From Candidatus Omnitrophota bacterium (GTDB taxonomy: Bacteria > Omnitrophota > Gorgyraeia > JAFGHF01), in the NCBI GenBank assembly GCA_043805735.1, contig JAZDHS010000044.1, positions 4,829 to 68,828 on the forward strand: DNA of 64,000 nt, written 5' to 3'. Shown in pieces: positions 29,159-38,520 of this stretch. Below the pieces are notes generated by a model that made no database searches, was not told where the DNA came from, and saw only the letters and a program-made list of their open reading frames with translations. The translations under genes were made by a program, and so were the position numbers. Position 1 is the stretch's first letter. Every line of letters begins with the position of its first letter.

Positions 29159-31473
29159 TGAAAAATAGAATAATTCCTCTCGCCACATTTCTTATCGGTT
29201 TTACGGCGATGAGTACGCAGATCGTAGTCTTGCGTCAGCTCATCGTGGTCTTTTACGGTAACGAAATCTCACTTGGCCTAATGCTTGCGGCCTGGCTTTT
29301 TTGGGGCGCGCTCGGCAGTTGGCTGTTCGGACGCCTGGGCGACCGCTGGGGAAATCTCACCGTCATATTCTCGCTTTGCCAGATCGCACTTGCCGTAAAC
29401 CTAACGGCTGAAGTTTCACTCATCCGGTTTAGCCGCAGTATTCTCCACATTCTACCGGGTGAGCTGATCGGTTTTCTGCCGATGGTCCTGTTTAGTTTCT
29501 CGGTCCTTTCCTTAATCTGCATAATTTTGGGCTTTCTCTTTGCCTTGGCCTGTCGAATTTACCCCGTTCCCGCGCGCAGCGGCGGGGCGAGTCCCCACGC
29601 CGGCGGCGCGCGGGGAATTGGCACGGTATATATCGTCGAGGCCCTCGGCGCGGTTTGCGGCGGGTACCTGGTGAGCTTCTTTTTGATCCGTTATTTTGAT
29701 GCGCTCTATATTATGTGTTTCCTGGCGCTGGTCAATTTGGCCTGCGCCTTTTTTCTCTCCGCGGGCCTTAAACACGGCCGCGCCGGGTTAGCCATCCGCG
29801 CGCTGAGCGCTATGCTGTTCTTAGCCTTGAGCCTGTCCTTGCTCAGCGGGCAGGCTAAAACGCTCAAGGATTTTTCTCTTCACAAACAATGGAAGGAGTT
29901 TAAGCTCTTAGCGGTTAAAGATTCACTCTACAGCAATCTGGCAGTAACACAACAGGGTGAGCAGTTTTCTTTTTTTAGTAACGGGCTTTATCTTTTTAGC
30001 GTGCCCGATGAAGCGGGCTCTGAAGAGGCGGCGCATTTCGCTCTTTTGCAAACGCCTGCAGCCTCTCAGCGCGTGCTGCTCATCGGCGCAGGAATAGGGG
30101 GTATAGCTGGAGAAATTTTAAAGCATCCCGTTTCTGCGCTGGATTATATCGAGCTGGACCCCGAACTAGTCGCTTTAGCCGAAACTTTTTTACCGCGCGA
30201 ACAGTTGCTTTTTTTAAACGATCCGCGCGTCAAGGTATTCCATCAGGACGGCCGTTTGTTTATCCGCCAGGCCCGCCGGCTGCGCCAAGGGCCATATGAG
30301 AGCGTCATTGTGCACCTGGGCGACCCGGCTACGGCGCAGCTCAACCGCTATTACACCTTAGAATTTTTCCGGCAGGTTGCGGCTATTTTAGGCGATAAGG
30401 GCGTATTTTCTTTTTCTTTGACCGCCGCAGAAAATTTTTTAAGCGACGAACAGCAACAGTTCCTCGCCTCGATTTATCGCACGCTCAAAAAAGTATTTAA
30501 GGAAATCAAGGTGATTCCCGGCGGCACCGCTTACTTTTTAGCCACCAATACCCCCGGGCTATTGACCGATGATCCCGGAGAACTCACCCAACGCCTGGCG
30601 GAGCGCGGCATCGCCACTAAATTTGTGCGTGATTATTACCTTTTTGCCCAACTCGCGCCCGACCGAATTGCCTACCTGGAAGGAAAAATTCAGCGCCAAG
30701 AGCGGGCCCAGGTTAATACCGATTTACGGCCGATTTCCTATTATTACGATATGGTGCTCTGGAGCACCTATTTTGCCGAACCCTGGCGCAGCCTGTTTGC
30801 CCGGATCGATGTAAAAAAACTCTGGGCCTTCTTTGGTTGTGTTTATTTAGCTATTCTCTCCTGGGGTTTAAAGCGACGCCGAACCAATAGCCGCAGCGCG
30901 CCGGTGCTGTTAGCCGTTTATACCACCGGACTGACCGAGCTGAGCTTTCAGGTGATTATTTTGCTTGCCTTCCAGATTATCTACGGGTATCTTTATTATA
31001 AGATTGGTTTTATTCTAAGTTCTTTTATGATTGGTCTGGCCGGTGGCGCTTACATCATGACCAAAAATCTAGACCGCTTAAACGACGCCTATCGCACTTT
31101 TACGAAAACGCAGATTGCGATTTGTGTCTATCCGCTGATTTTGCCGCTGGTGTTTTCCGGCCTTAGCCGTTCCGGCGCCGCGGCCGCCTGGGATTGGGCG
31201 GGAAGCAATATCGTCTTTACGTTTTTGCCGGTGATCTCCGGCTTTATCGGAGGGTTGCAATTTCCCCTGGCCAATAAAATCATCTTAAGCGAAAGCCAGG
31301 ATATCGGCCGTGTTTCCGGAATCACCTACGGTATGGATTTGTTTGGTTCCTGCCTGGGGGCGCTCTTAGTAAGCGCGTTTTTAATTCCCCTCTTAGGAAT
31401 TACCCAGACTTGTCTGGCCGTGGCGTTGTTAAATACCACAGTGCTTGTCTTTTTATTTTTAAAAGGCAGATAA
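29158..31473 (+). CDS. membrane-fused spermidine/spermine synthase-like SAM-binding protein
   Basis: N- and C-terminal TM bundles around VLLIGAGIGG, YIELDPELV, DPRV..DGRLF, YTLEFF, NTDLRP. Confidence 0.8.
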   Translation: MKNRIIPLATFLIGFTAMSTQIVVLRQLIVVFYGNEISLGLMLAAWLFWGALGSWLFGRLGDRWGNLTVIFSLCQIALAVNLTAEVSLIRFSRSILHILPGELIGFLPMVLFSFSVLSLICIILGFLFALACRIYPVPARSGGASPHAGGARGIGTVYIVEALGAVCGGYLVSFFLIRYFDALYIMCFLALVNLACAFFLSAGLKHGRAGLAIRALSAMLFLALSLSLLSGQAKTLKDFSLHKQWKEFKLLAVKDSLYSNLAVTQQGEQFSFFSNGLYLFSVPDEAGSEEAAHFALLQTPAASQRVLLIGAGIGGIAGEILKHPVSALDYIELDPELVALAETFLPREQLLFLNDPRVKVFHQDGRLFIRQARRLRQGPYESVIVHLGDPATAQLNRYYTLEFFRQVAAILGDKGVFSFSLTAAENFLSDEQQQFLASIYRTLKKVFKEIKVIPGGTAYFLATNTPGLLTDDPGELTQRLAERGIATKFVRDYYLFAQLAPDRIAYLEGKIQRQERAQVNTDLRPISYYYDMVLWSTYFAEPWRSLFARIDVKKLWAFFGCVYLAILSWGLKRRRTNSRSAPVLLAVYTTGLTELSFQVIILLAFQIIYGYLYYKIGFILSSFMIGLAGGAYIMTKNLDRLNDAYRTFTKTQIAICVYPLILPLVFSGLSRSGAAAAWDWAGSNIVFTFLPVISGFIGGLQFPLANKIILSESQDIGRVSGITYGMDLFGSCLGALLVSAFLIPLLGITQTCLAVALLNTTVLVFLFLKGR
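29567..29617. repeat. GC-rich palindrome in frame within the CDS
   Basis: TTCCCGCGCGC..CGGCG-GGG..CCC..CGCCG..GCGCGCGGGGAA, encoding approximately VPARSGGASPHAGGARG. Confidence 0.55.
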
Positions 31474-31487
31474 AACTGGAGGACTAG

Positions 31488-32411
31488 ATGTTTACGTCGG
31501 TATTTTCGCGGATCAGCGTCATTTTTGCCGTGCTTTTAATCGGCGCGATTGGCCGTTGGTGCAAGGTTCTCTCTAAAGAGTCTACTGATGGCCTCACCCG
31601 GCTGACCTTTGAGATTACGCTGCCCTTACTTTATTTTTCCACCCTTGCCGCTAACTTAAATCGCGAGCTTTTCCTTTCGATCTGGCCGCTGGTGTTGTGG
31701 GCGGGGGCCTTGACGTTGCTTTCCTTAGCGGTCAGCTGGATCTTTGCCTTGGGCTTGAATGGCGCCGGGCCGCAGCGTAGGACTTTTATCTTTCTGGCTA
31801 CGTTTGGCAATTATGGTTTTTTGGCCATTCCCTTGATCTATGCCCTCTTTGGCCAGGAAGGGTTAATACTGATTTTTGTGTTCAACTTAGGGCTAGCCTT
31901 TCTTTATTGGACGTTAGGCGTTTCGATCTTAGACACGACGCCGAAGAAAGGCCGGCAGCTCTTCGCCAACATCTTTAATAACGCGACTATTGCTTTAATC
32001 CTGGGCTTGGTGGTCGGCATTACCAATTTGCCTCTGCCGCGTTTTCTCCTGGAAGCCGCCCGGATGATCGGCGATACTTCTATTGCCCTGGCCTTGGTGG
32101 TGATCGGCTCGCTTTTGGCGCAGAAAGATTCGGCCCAAAAATTCTCCTGGCGCACGATGGGCCTGTTGGCGCTTTGCCGCTTGTTGGTTATCCCGGCCTT
32201 GGCGCTGGTATTGGTCCAGCTTTGGCCGGGTTTACCGAAGACCTGGGGGGCGCTGGTAGTTTTACAGGCGGCAATGCCTTCAGCTTCAACCACCCCGATA
32301 TTGACCCGCCGCTTCGGCGGGGATAGCGAAAGCGCGGCCAGCGGTGTATTTTTTACTACGCTCCTGAGCATTCTGACTATTCCCTTATTTATGAGTTTAG
32401 CATTGCGATAA
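31488..32411 (+). CDS. AEC (auxin efflux carrier) family transporter
   Basis: LPLLYF, FGNYGFLAIP, AAMPSA, TTLLSILTIP; about 10 TM segments. Confidence 0.88.
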   Translation: MFTSVFSRISVIFAVLLIGAIGRWCKVLSKESTDGLTRLTFEITLPLLYFSTLAANLNRELFLSIWPLVLWAGALTLLSLAVSWIFALGLNGAGPQRRTFIFLATFGNYGFLAIPLIYALFGQEGLILIFVFNLGLAFLYWTLGVSILDTTPKKGRQLFANIFNNATIALILGLVVGITNLPLPRFLLEAARMIGDTSIALALVVIGSLLAQKDSAQKFSWRTMGLLALCRLLVIPALALVLVQLWPGLPKTWGALVVLQAAMPSASTTPILTRRFGGDSESAASGVFFTTLLSILTIPLFMSLALR

Positions 32412-32431
32412 TTCCTTTCTTTTGTTATAAT
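32403..32431 (+). promoter_or_regulatory. sigma70 promoter for DUF1846-nadE
   Basis: TTGCGA-17nt-TATAAT with extended TG. Confidence 0.6.
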
Positions 32432-32462
32432 GTCTCATCCCTGGATTTAAAGTACCCTAGAA

Positions 32463-33983
32463 ATGAAAAAAGGTTTCGATAACGAAAAGTACCTCAGCGA
32501 ACAGACCAAGGCCATTCTCGATCGGGTAGCCCAATTTGACCACAAACTCTATCTTGAATTCGGCGGAAAACTCCTGTTTGATTATCATGCCTCGCGCGTC
32601 CTTCCCGGCTACGACCCTTCGGTAAAAATGCAGCTTTTAAAGCGGCTTAAGGATAAGATCGAAATTATTATTTGCATCTACGCCAAGGATATTGAGGCCG
32701 GGCGCCTGCGCGGCGATTTTGGGATGACCTACGACCTGGCCTGTTTAAAGACGATCGACGACTTAAAAGACTGGGGCCTGAACGTCACGAACGTTGTAAT
32801 CACGCGTTTTAAATCCGAGCCCCTGGCGATAAAATTTAAGAATCGGCTGGAAAGAAAAGGAATCCAGGTCTATTTACATTACGAAATCAAGGGCTATCCC
32901 GGCAACATCGATAAAATTGTCAGTAAGGCCGGATACGGCCGCAATGAATATATTAAGACTGAAAAGCCGATTGTGGTCGTAACCGCCCCCGGCCCGGGCA
33001 GCGGAAAACTTGCTGCCTGCCTTTCCCAGATGTATCACGACCACAAAAAAGGCATCGACTCCGGCTATGCCAAGTTTGAGACCTTCCCGATCTGGAATTT
33101 GCCCCTGCATCATCCGGTAAATGTGGCCTATGAATCAGCGACCGCCGATTTGGCTGACTATAATCTGGTTGACCCGCATCATTTGAAAACCTATAATAAA
33201 AAGTCAATTAATTACAACCGCGATGTCGATGCCTTCCCGATCCTAAAAAGTATTTTAGAAAAGATCATCGGTAAAAGCGCGAAAAAGATAATGTACAACT
33301 CACCCACCGATATGGGCGTCAACCGTGCCGGCTTTGGTATCATTGACGACGAGGCGGTAAAGGCAGCCGCCAAGCAGGAAATTATCCGCCGTTTCTTCCG
33401 TTATCACTGGGAGTTTATGTTGGGCTTGGAAAAGAAGGAAACCGTGGAGCGGGCCAAGGAATTAATGAAGCAAGAGGGCCTGAAAGAAGAAGACCGCGCC
33501 TGTGTGCTGCCGGCAAGAAAGGCGGCTGAGGATGCCGCCAAAACATCGGGAAAAGGCAATAACGGGGTCTTTTGCGGCGCGGCAATTGAATTAGCCGAAG
33601 GAAAAATTATTACCGGCAAGAATTCACCGCTGATGCATGCCGCCTCGGCGGCGGTAATCAACGCTATTAAGCACCTGGCTGAGGTTCCCGATAAGATTCA
33701 TCTTCTTCCCAGTAACGTGATTGGCAACATTGCAGCTTTAAAAAAAGACATCCTTGATTTAAAAACCGAGAGTTTGGACCTGGAAGAAACCCTGGTCGCG
33801 CTTTCGATCAGCGCGGCGGCCAATCCGACCGCTGAAGCCGCGGTCAAGGCGCTCAAGGCCCTTGGCGGCTGTGAAATGCATATGAGCCACATCCCCAGCC
33901 GCGGTGACGAGGCGGGTTTGCGCAAACTGAAAATCAATTTTACCTGCGATGCCCAGCCGACGTCGCATTATTTTTTGAGGTAA
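32463..33983 (+). CDS. DUF1846 (UPF0371) family protein
   Basis: GFDNEKY, KLYLEFGGKL, TAPGPGSGK, GYAKFETFPIWNLPL, SPTDMGVN. Confidence 0.9.
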   Translation: MKKGFDNEKYLSEQTKAILDRVAQFDHKLYLEFGGKLLFDYHASRVLPGYDPSVKMQLLKRLKDKIEIIICIYAKDIEAGRLRGDFGMTYDLACLKTIDDLKDWGLNVTNVVITRFKSEPLAIKFKNRLERKGIQVYLHYEIKGYPGNIDKIVSKAGYGRNEYIKTEKPIVVVTAPGPGSGKLAACLSQMYHDHKKGIDSGYAKFETFPIWNLPLHHPVNVAYESATADLADYNLVDPHHLKTYNKKSINYNRDVDAFPILKSILEKIIGKSAKKIMYNSPTDMGVNRAGFGIIDDEAVKAAAKQEIIRRFFRYHWEFMLGLEKKETVERAKELMKQEGLKEEDRACVLPARKAAEDAAKTSGKGNNGVFCGAAIELAEGKIITGKNSPLMHAASAAVINAIKHLAEVPDKIHLLPSNVIGNIAALKKDILDLKTESLDLEETLVALSISAAANPTAEAAVKALKALGGCEMHMSHIPSRGDEAGLRKLKINFTCDAQPTSHYFLR

Positions 33984-33989
33984 TCTTTA

Positions 33990-34757
33990 ATGAAAACATT
34001 GCGCCTGAATGCCCGCGCGGTCGAACAGAAGCTAATCCGCTTTATCCGCCAACAAATGCAACAGGCCCATTTTTCGAAAGTGGTCTTGGGTATCTCCGGC
34101 GGCGTAGATTCGGCATTGGCGCTGCATCTTTGTTGTCGGGCCTTAGGTTCGGAGAACGTCTTTGGTCTGATTTTACCCTATAAAACAACACCTCAGAAGA
34201 GCATTACTTATGCCCGTCTTTTAGCCCGGAAATACGGCGTCAAGACTAAGCTGGTTGATATTACCCCCCAGATTGACGCTTATTTTAGCCGCTTTAGCGA
34301 TGCCGACAGGATCAGGCGCGGCAATAAAATGGCCAGAGAGCGGATGAGCATTCTCTATGACCATTCCCAGGCCTGGCGCGCGCTGGTAGTGGGAACGGGA
34401 AATCGCAGCGAAAGCCTCTTGGGCTACGGGACTATTTACGGCGATATGGCCTGCGCCTTTAATCCCTTAGGCGGACTTTACAAAACGCAAGTCCGGCAGT
34501 TGGCAAAATCTGCTGGGATTCCCAAAGTAATTATTACCCAGGCGCCGACGGCCGGACTCTGGCCCGGGCAAACCGATGAAGGGGAATTAGGTATGACTTA
34601 TGCCCAAGTCGATAAACTGCTTTTTGCCTTGATCGACCGGCGTGTTTCGGAAAAAAAACTACGCCGGCAATTTTCGCCGGCGTTTATTCAAAGAGTCAAA
34701 ACACTGATCGCTGCTAACAAATTTAAAACCCGCCTACCCCCCATCGCCCAGCTCTAA
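33990..34757 (+). CDS. nadE: NH3-dependent NAD+ synthetase
   Basis: GISGGVDSA, GNKMARERM, GTGNRSE, YKTQV, PTAGLWPGQTDE; no glutaminase domain. Confidence 0.94.
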   Translation: MKTLRLNARAVEQKLIRFIRQQMQQAHFSKVVLGISGGVDSALALHLCCRALGSENVFGLILPYKTTPQKSITYARLLARKYGVKTKLVDITPQIDAYFSRFSDADRIRRGNKMARERMSILYDHSQAWRALVVGTGNRSESLLGYGTIYGDMACAFNPLGGLYKTQVRQLAKSAGIPKVIITQAPTAGLWPGQTDEGELGMTYAQVDKLLFALIDRRVSEKKLRRQFSPAFIQRVKTLIAANKFKTRLPPIAQL

Positions 34758-36259
34758 AGCAAGGGCAGGTATTTCTTAATCTCGTGTGACGTAATTTGAA
34801 TCCGGTATTCTTCCCATTCCCGTTCTTTATTCAGGATAAAACGGGTAAAGATATGCTCACCGAGCGTTTCCCGCACCAGTTTACTTTTTCGGGTTTCTTC
34901 GATTGCCTCAAAAAGGTTTCCCGGAAGCGGATGTAAACCCCGCCGTTTGCGCTCTTCCATTGCCATTTCATAGATATTCGGCTCGACCGGCTCAGGAATT
35001 TTATATTTCTTTTCAATACCTTCTAAGCCGGCGGCGAGCATCACCGCTAAGGCCAGGTAGGGGTTAGCCGCCGGGTCGGGACAGCGTAGTTCCGCGCGCG
35101 TTGCTTGCTCATTGCCCGGGCGATACAGTGGCACGCGGATTAAGGCGGTACGATTACGTTGGGCCCAAGAGATGTAGACCGGGGCTTCGTAGCCGGCAAC
35201 GAGGCGCTTGTAGGAGTTGACCCATTGCGCGGTTAAGGCGCAGATTTCCCGGGCATGCTTGAGCTGACCGGCGATAAAATATTTAGCCAGTGCCGAGAGA
35301 TTAGTTTTATCCTTGGGGTCAAAAAAGGCGTTGCGCTTGCCGTTAAAAAGCGATTCGTGCAGATGCATACCGGTTCCATTTACCCCATAGATTGGTTTGG
35401 GCATAAAGGTGGCATAGACCCCTTGTTGTTGGGCCACCTCTTTAATCACAAAACGGCTGCTGACGATATTGTCCGCCGCGCGTAAGGCCTCGCTGTATTT
35501 AGGGTCAATCTCGTGCTGGCTGGGCGCGACCTCGTGGTGCGAGGCCTCAATCACAATACCCATCTCTTCGAGCGTGCGCACCGTTTGGTTACGTAAATTA
35601 TTGGCCAAATCGTTGGGGATGAGCTCAAAATAGGTTCCTTCGTCCAAGACCTCGGGAGATTTATCGCTCTTAAAATAGAAATATTCTATTTCCGCGCCGA
35701 CATTAAAATCATAACCCATATTTTTAGCCCGCCGAAGAACGCGCTTGAGTGCATAGCGTGGGTCACCGGCATAAGGCGTACCGTCGGGATTTAAGATGTC
35801 GCAAAACATCCGGCCGATTGGGTTTTCCTCTTTAGTCCAGGGTAGAATCGTAAAAGTGTCAGGATCGGGCTTGGCGATGATGTCGCTTTCTTGGGCCTCG
35901 GCAAAGCCGGTGACCGATGAACCGTCAAAGCCTTTGCCGTGGGCCAGGGCGTCGGCGAGTTCCCCGTTGGTAATCGAAATGCATTTCAGGATGCCTAAAA
36001 TATCCACGAACCACAGTTGGATGGTGCGGATATTCTTTTCTTTTACCAATTGCAACAGGTGTTCAATCCTGGCGTCGTGTTTAGAATGTTTTTTTGCCGC
36101 GTCTTGAGGGTACGGTTCTTTAAGTTCTTGGTGGGGGATGATGTATTGGCGGCCGACCTTGATCGCCTTAATTGCCCCGCGGTTGATTCGATCAATAACG
36201 GCTTGGCGGCTGATTTTGAGTTTCTTGGCCATTTGTGTGGGGGTCAGATATTCGTCCAT
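34754..36259 (-). CDS. glnA: type I glutamine synthetase with N-terminal excisionase-type (HTH_17-like) DNA-binding domain, 501 aa
   Basis: ATG 36259 with AAAGGAGG SD; YLTPTQMAKKLKISRQAVIDRINRGAIKAIKVGRQYII; then FDGSS, EIEYF, HHEVAPSQHE, FMPKP, NGTGMH, NSYKRL..GYEAP, ELRCPDPAANPYL. Confidence 0.92.
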   Translation of the reverse strand: MDEYLTPTQMAKKLKISRQAVIDRINRGAIKAIKVGRQYIIPHQELKEPYPQDAAKKHSKHDARIEHLLQLVKEKNIRTIQLWFVDILGILKCISITNGELADALAHGKGFDGSSVTGFAEAQESDIIAKPDPDTFTILPWTKEENPIGRMFCDILNPDGTPYAGDPRYALKRVLRRAKNMGYDFNVGAEIEYFYFKSDKSPEVLDEGTYFELIPNDLANNLRNQTVRTLEEMGIVIEASHHEVAPSQHEIDPKYSEALRAADNIVSSRFVIKEVAQQQGVYATFMPKPIYGVNGTGMHLHESLFNGKRNAFFDPKDKTNLSALAKYFIAGQLKHAREICALTAQWVNSYKRLVAGYEAPVYISWAQRNRTALIRVPLYRPGNEQATRAELRCPDPAANPYLALAVMLAAGLEGIEKKYKIPEPVEPNIYEMAMEERKRRGLHPLPGNLFEAIEETRKSKLVRETLGEHIFTRFILNKEREWEEYRIQITSHEIKKYLPLL

Positions 36260-36273
36260 AGTAAATGTTCCTC

Positions 36274-36317
36274 CTTTACACTTGTCAAGTATAACATAGA
36301 GCTTTACGTTTGTCAAG
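36274..36317 (-). promoter_or_regulatory. glnA promoter overlapped by two 16-bp near-palindromic boxes
   Basis: minus strand TTGACA(36316-36311)-17nt-TATACT(36293-36288); boxes CTTGACAAACGTAAAG (36317-36302) and CTTGACAAGTGTAAAG (36289-36274). Confidence 0.75.
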
Positions 36318-36345
36318 GGAAAAATAACAAATTTTTTTAGTAGAG

Positions 36346-37479
36346 TTAAGACAGGAGGCGGGTGATGATCTCGGCGGCCCTTGCGCTCGCCCCTGGTTCT
36401 CCCAGCTCGGCGCGGACCTTTTCCAACTCTTGCTTTACTTTTGTCAAGTAGGGCTGGTCCTGGAGCATTTCCAGGGCGGCCGTGGCGATGCGCTGCGGTT
36501 GGGCCTGGAACTGGACGAACTCAGGGATTATTTTCTTGCCGGCAACCACATTAACCAGGCCAATGTAAGGCAGCTTAATCAGGCTGCGGGCAATCAGCCA
36601 ATTAAGGAAAGAGACTTTATAGACAATAATCATCGGTTTGGTCATAATCGCCGTTTCTAAAGTGGCGGTCCCGGAGGCGACCAGGGCAAAATCGCAAATG
36701 TTTAAAAAATCATAAGTCCGGTTTTCGGATATCCGTGCCTCTAATGAGGATTTTTCCAGTATTGCCGTATAGAGCTCCTTGGGAAGCTCCGGGGTTTTTA
36801 AGATTACAAACTGCACGCGCCACAATTTCTCTTTGATGATCCGGGCGCTCTGTAAGAGCAGCGGCAGAATACGCTTGACTTCCATCGCCCGAGAACCGGG
36901 CATCAGCCCGACGGTTAAATTCTGCTCCGACAGGCGCAGGATATGCAGGTATTCTTCTTTGGTATGTTCAGGGCGGGCAATATCCAGAAGTGGATGGCCG
37001 ACAAAAGCGGCATTAATGCCGTGCTGGGCATAGAGCTCCTCTTCAAATTTGAAAATGACCAGCATTTTTTCCACTGAGCGCCGGATGGTTTCGATCCTTC
37101 CCGGCCACCAGGCCCAGATTTGCGGGCTGATGTAATAAATCACGCGGAACTTTCTTTTCTTGAGCTCTTGGGCGAGTTTTAAGTTGAAACCGGGATAGTC
37201 AATCAGGATAACCGCATCGGGTTGAGTTTCTTCAATATAGGCTAACAAGCGGGTAAAGATTTTTTTAATTTTGCTGTAATTTATTAGAACGTCGATAAAG
37301 CCCAAAAAAGCCAGTTCGGCGATATCAATAAAGATCTTGCAGCCGGCCAAGGCCATCCTTTGGCCGCCGATACCACAACAGCTAATTTCGGGATCGAGCC
37401 GTTTTAGGGCGCGCACGAGCGAGGCGCCGTGGAAATCGCCGGAGGCCTCTCCAGCGACAATCAGCAGTTTTTTAGGCAT
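36346..37479 (-). CDS. lpxB: lipid-A-disaccharide synthase
   Basis: AGEASGD, IDYPGFN, YYISPQIWAW, FVGHPL, PGSR..E, SGTATLE. Confidence 0.96.
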   Translation of the reverse strand: MPKKLLIVAGEASGDFHGASLVRALKRLDPEISCCGIGGQRMALAGCKIFIDIAELAFLGFIDVLINYSKIKKIFTRLLAYIEETQPDAVILIDYPGFNLKLAQELKKRKFRVIYYISPQIWAWWPGRIETIRRSVEKMLVIFKFEEELYAQHGINAAFVGHPLLDIARPEHTKEEYLHILRLSEQNLTVGLMPGSRAMEVKRILPLLLQSARIIKEKLWRVQFVILKTPELPKELYTAILEKSSLEARISENRTYDFLNICDFALVASGTATLETAIMTKPMIIVYKVSFLNWLIARSLIKLPYIGLVNVVAGKKIIPEFVQFQAQPQRIATAALEMLQDQPYLTKVKQELEKVRAELGEPGASARAAEIITRLLS

Positions 37480-38401
37480 GGGTAGAGGAGGACTCTATTT
37501 TTTCAACAATTTCGCAGGCAATGGCCAGGGCATCGCGGCCTTGCTGGCCGGAAACGATCGGGGGTTTTTGTTCTTTCACACATTGCACAAAGGCGTCCAG
37601 CTCTTTTTGCAGCGGACGCTCTTTCTTGATATTAATTTTTTTGCGGGTGATTTTGCCGTGTTGTTTTTCGTAAATAAACGCCTCTTGAGCTTCATAATCT
37701 AAAGAGATATAGGCGTTTTCCTGGAACAGCCGGATTTTGCGCATTGATTTGGGGCTGATTCTGCTGGCGGTTATGTTGGCTACCGCCCCGTTTTTGAAAT
37801 TCAACCGGGCATTGGCGATATCCTCATGATTAGTGAGCACTTTAACGCCCACGGCCTGAATGGATTCAACCTCGGAATTGACCAGGGCCAGGATGATGTC
37901 GATATCATGGATCATTAAATCTAGAACCACACCGACGTCTTTAACCCGGGCGGCAAATGGACCTAACCGATGGCATTCAATAAACTTAGGCCTTCCAGGC
38001 ATTTTCTGAACCGCCTGCACGGCCGCATTGAATCGCTCCACATGCCCCACCTGCAGGACCAGGTTTTTCTTTTTGGCCAGAGCCAGAAGCTCATCGGCCT
38101 CTTTCACCGTGTTGGTGAAAGGTTTTTCCACCAACAGATGGATATCGTTTTCCAGAAAATCACGGGCGATCTTATAATGGAGATTGGTGGGCACAACGAT
38201 GCTGGCGGCGTCTACCAGGCCCCAGAACTGCTTATAATCGCTGAAATACTCGCAACGGCAGGCCCGGGCGACTTTGCGCGCTTTTTTGAGGTTAGTATCG
38301 GCCACGGCCACGAGCTTGGCGGACTCAATTCCCCGGTAGATGCGCGCGTGAATCGCGCCGAGGTTACCGACCCCGATAACGCCGACTTTGATTTTATCCA
38401 T
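37472..38401 (-). CDS. Gfo/Idh/MocA oxidoreductase, probably GnnA (UDP-GlcNAc 3-dehydrogenase)
   Basis: GVIGVGNLG, LVEKP, VGHVERFN, DLMIHDID, ASRIS; coupled to lpxB; start ATG 38401. Confidence 0.8.
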   Translation of the reverse strand: MDKIKVGVIGVGNLGAIHARIYRGIESAKLVAVADTNLKKARKVARACRCEYFSDYKQFWGLVDAASIVVPTNLHYKIARDFLENDIHLLVEKPFTNTVKEADELLALAKKKNLVLQVGHVERFNAAVQAVQKMPGRPKFIECHRLGPFAARVKDVGVVLDLMIHDIDIILALVNSEVESIQAVGVKVLTNHEDIANARLNFKNGAVANITASRISPKSMRKIRLFQENAYISLDYEAQEAFIYEKQHGKITRKKINIKKERPLQKELDAFVQCVKEQKPPIVSGQQGRDALAIACEIVEKIESSSTHA

Positions 38402-38408
38402 GCGTGTT

Positions 38409-38452
38409 ATTATATGAAAGTTATGGACAAAAGTCAACAAGTGTGTTATACT
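38409..38452. promoter_or_regulatory. overlapping divergent sigma70 promoters (gnnA-lpxB and msbA)
   Basis: minus: TTGACT(38437-38432)-17nt-TATAAT(38414-38409); plus: TGGACA(38424-38429)-17nt-TATACT(38447-38452). Confidence 0.7.
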
Positions 38453-38520
38453 CCAAACCTACTAATGGAACCTTCCCAAGGGACGTTTTCCCTGGAAACT
38501 AAGAACTTAACCACGCATCG

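Noticed and set aside
36260-36316. 19-aa N-terminal extension of glnA given by the ORF track (TTG start)
   Set aside because: That TTG is the -35 hexamer; a strong SD precedes ATG 36259.
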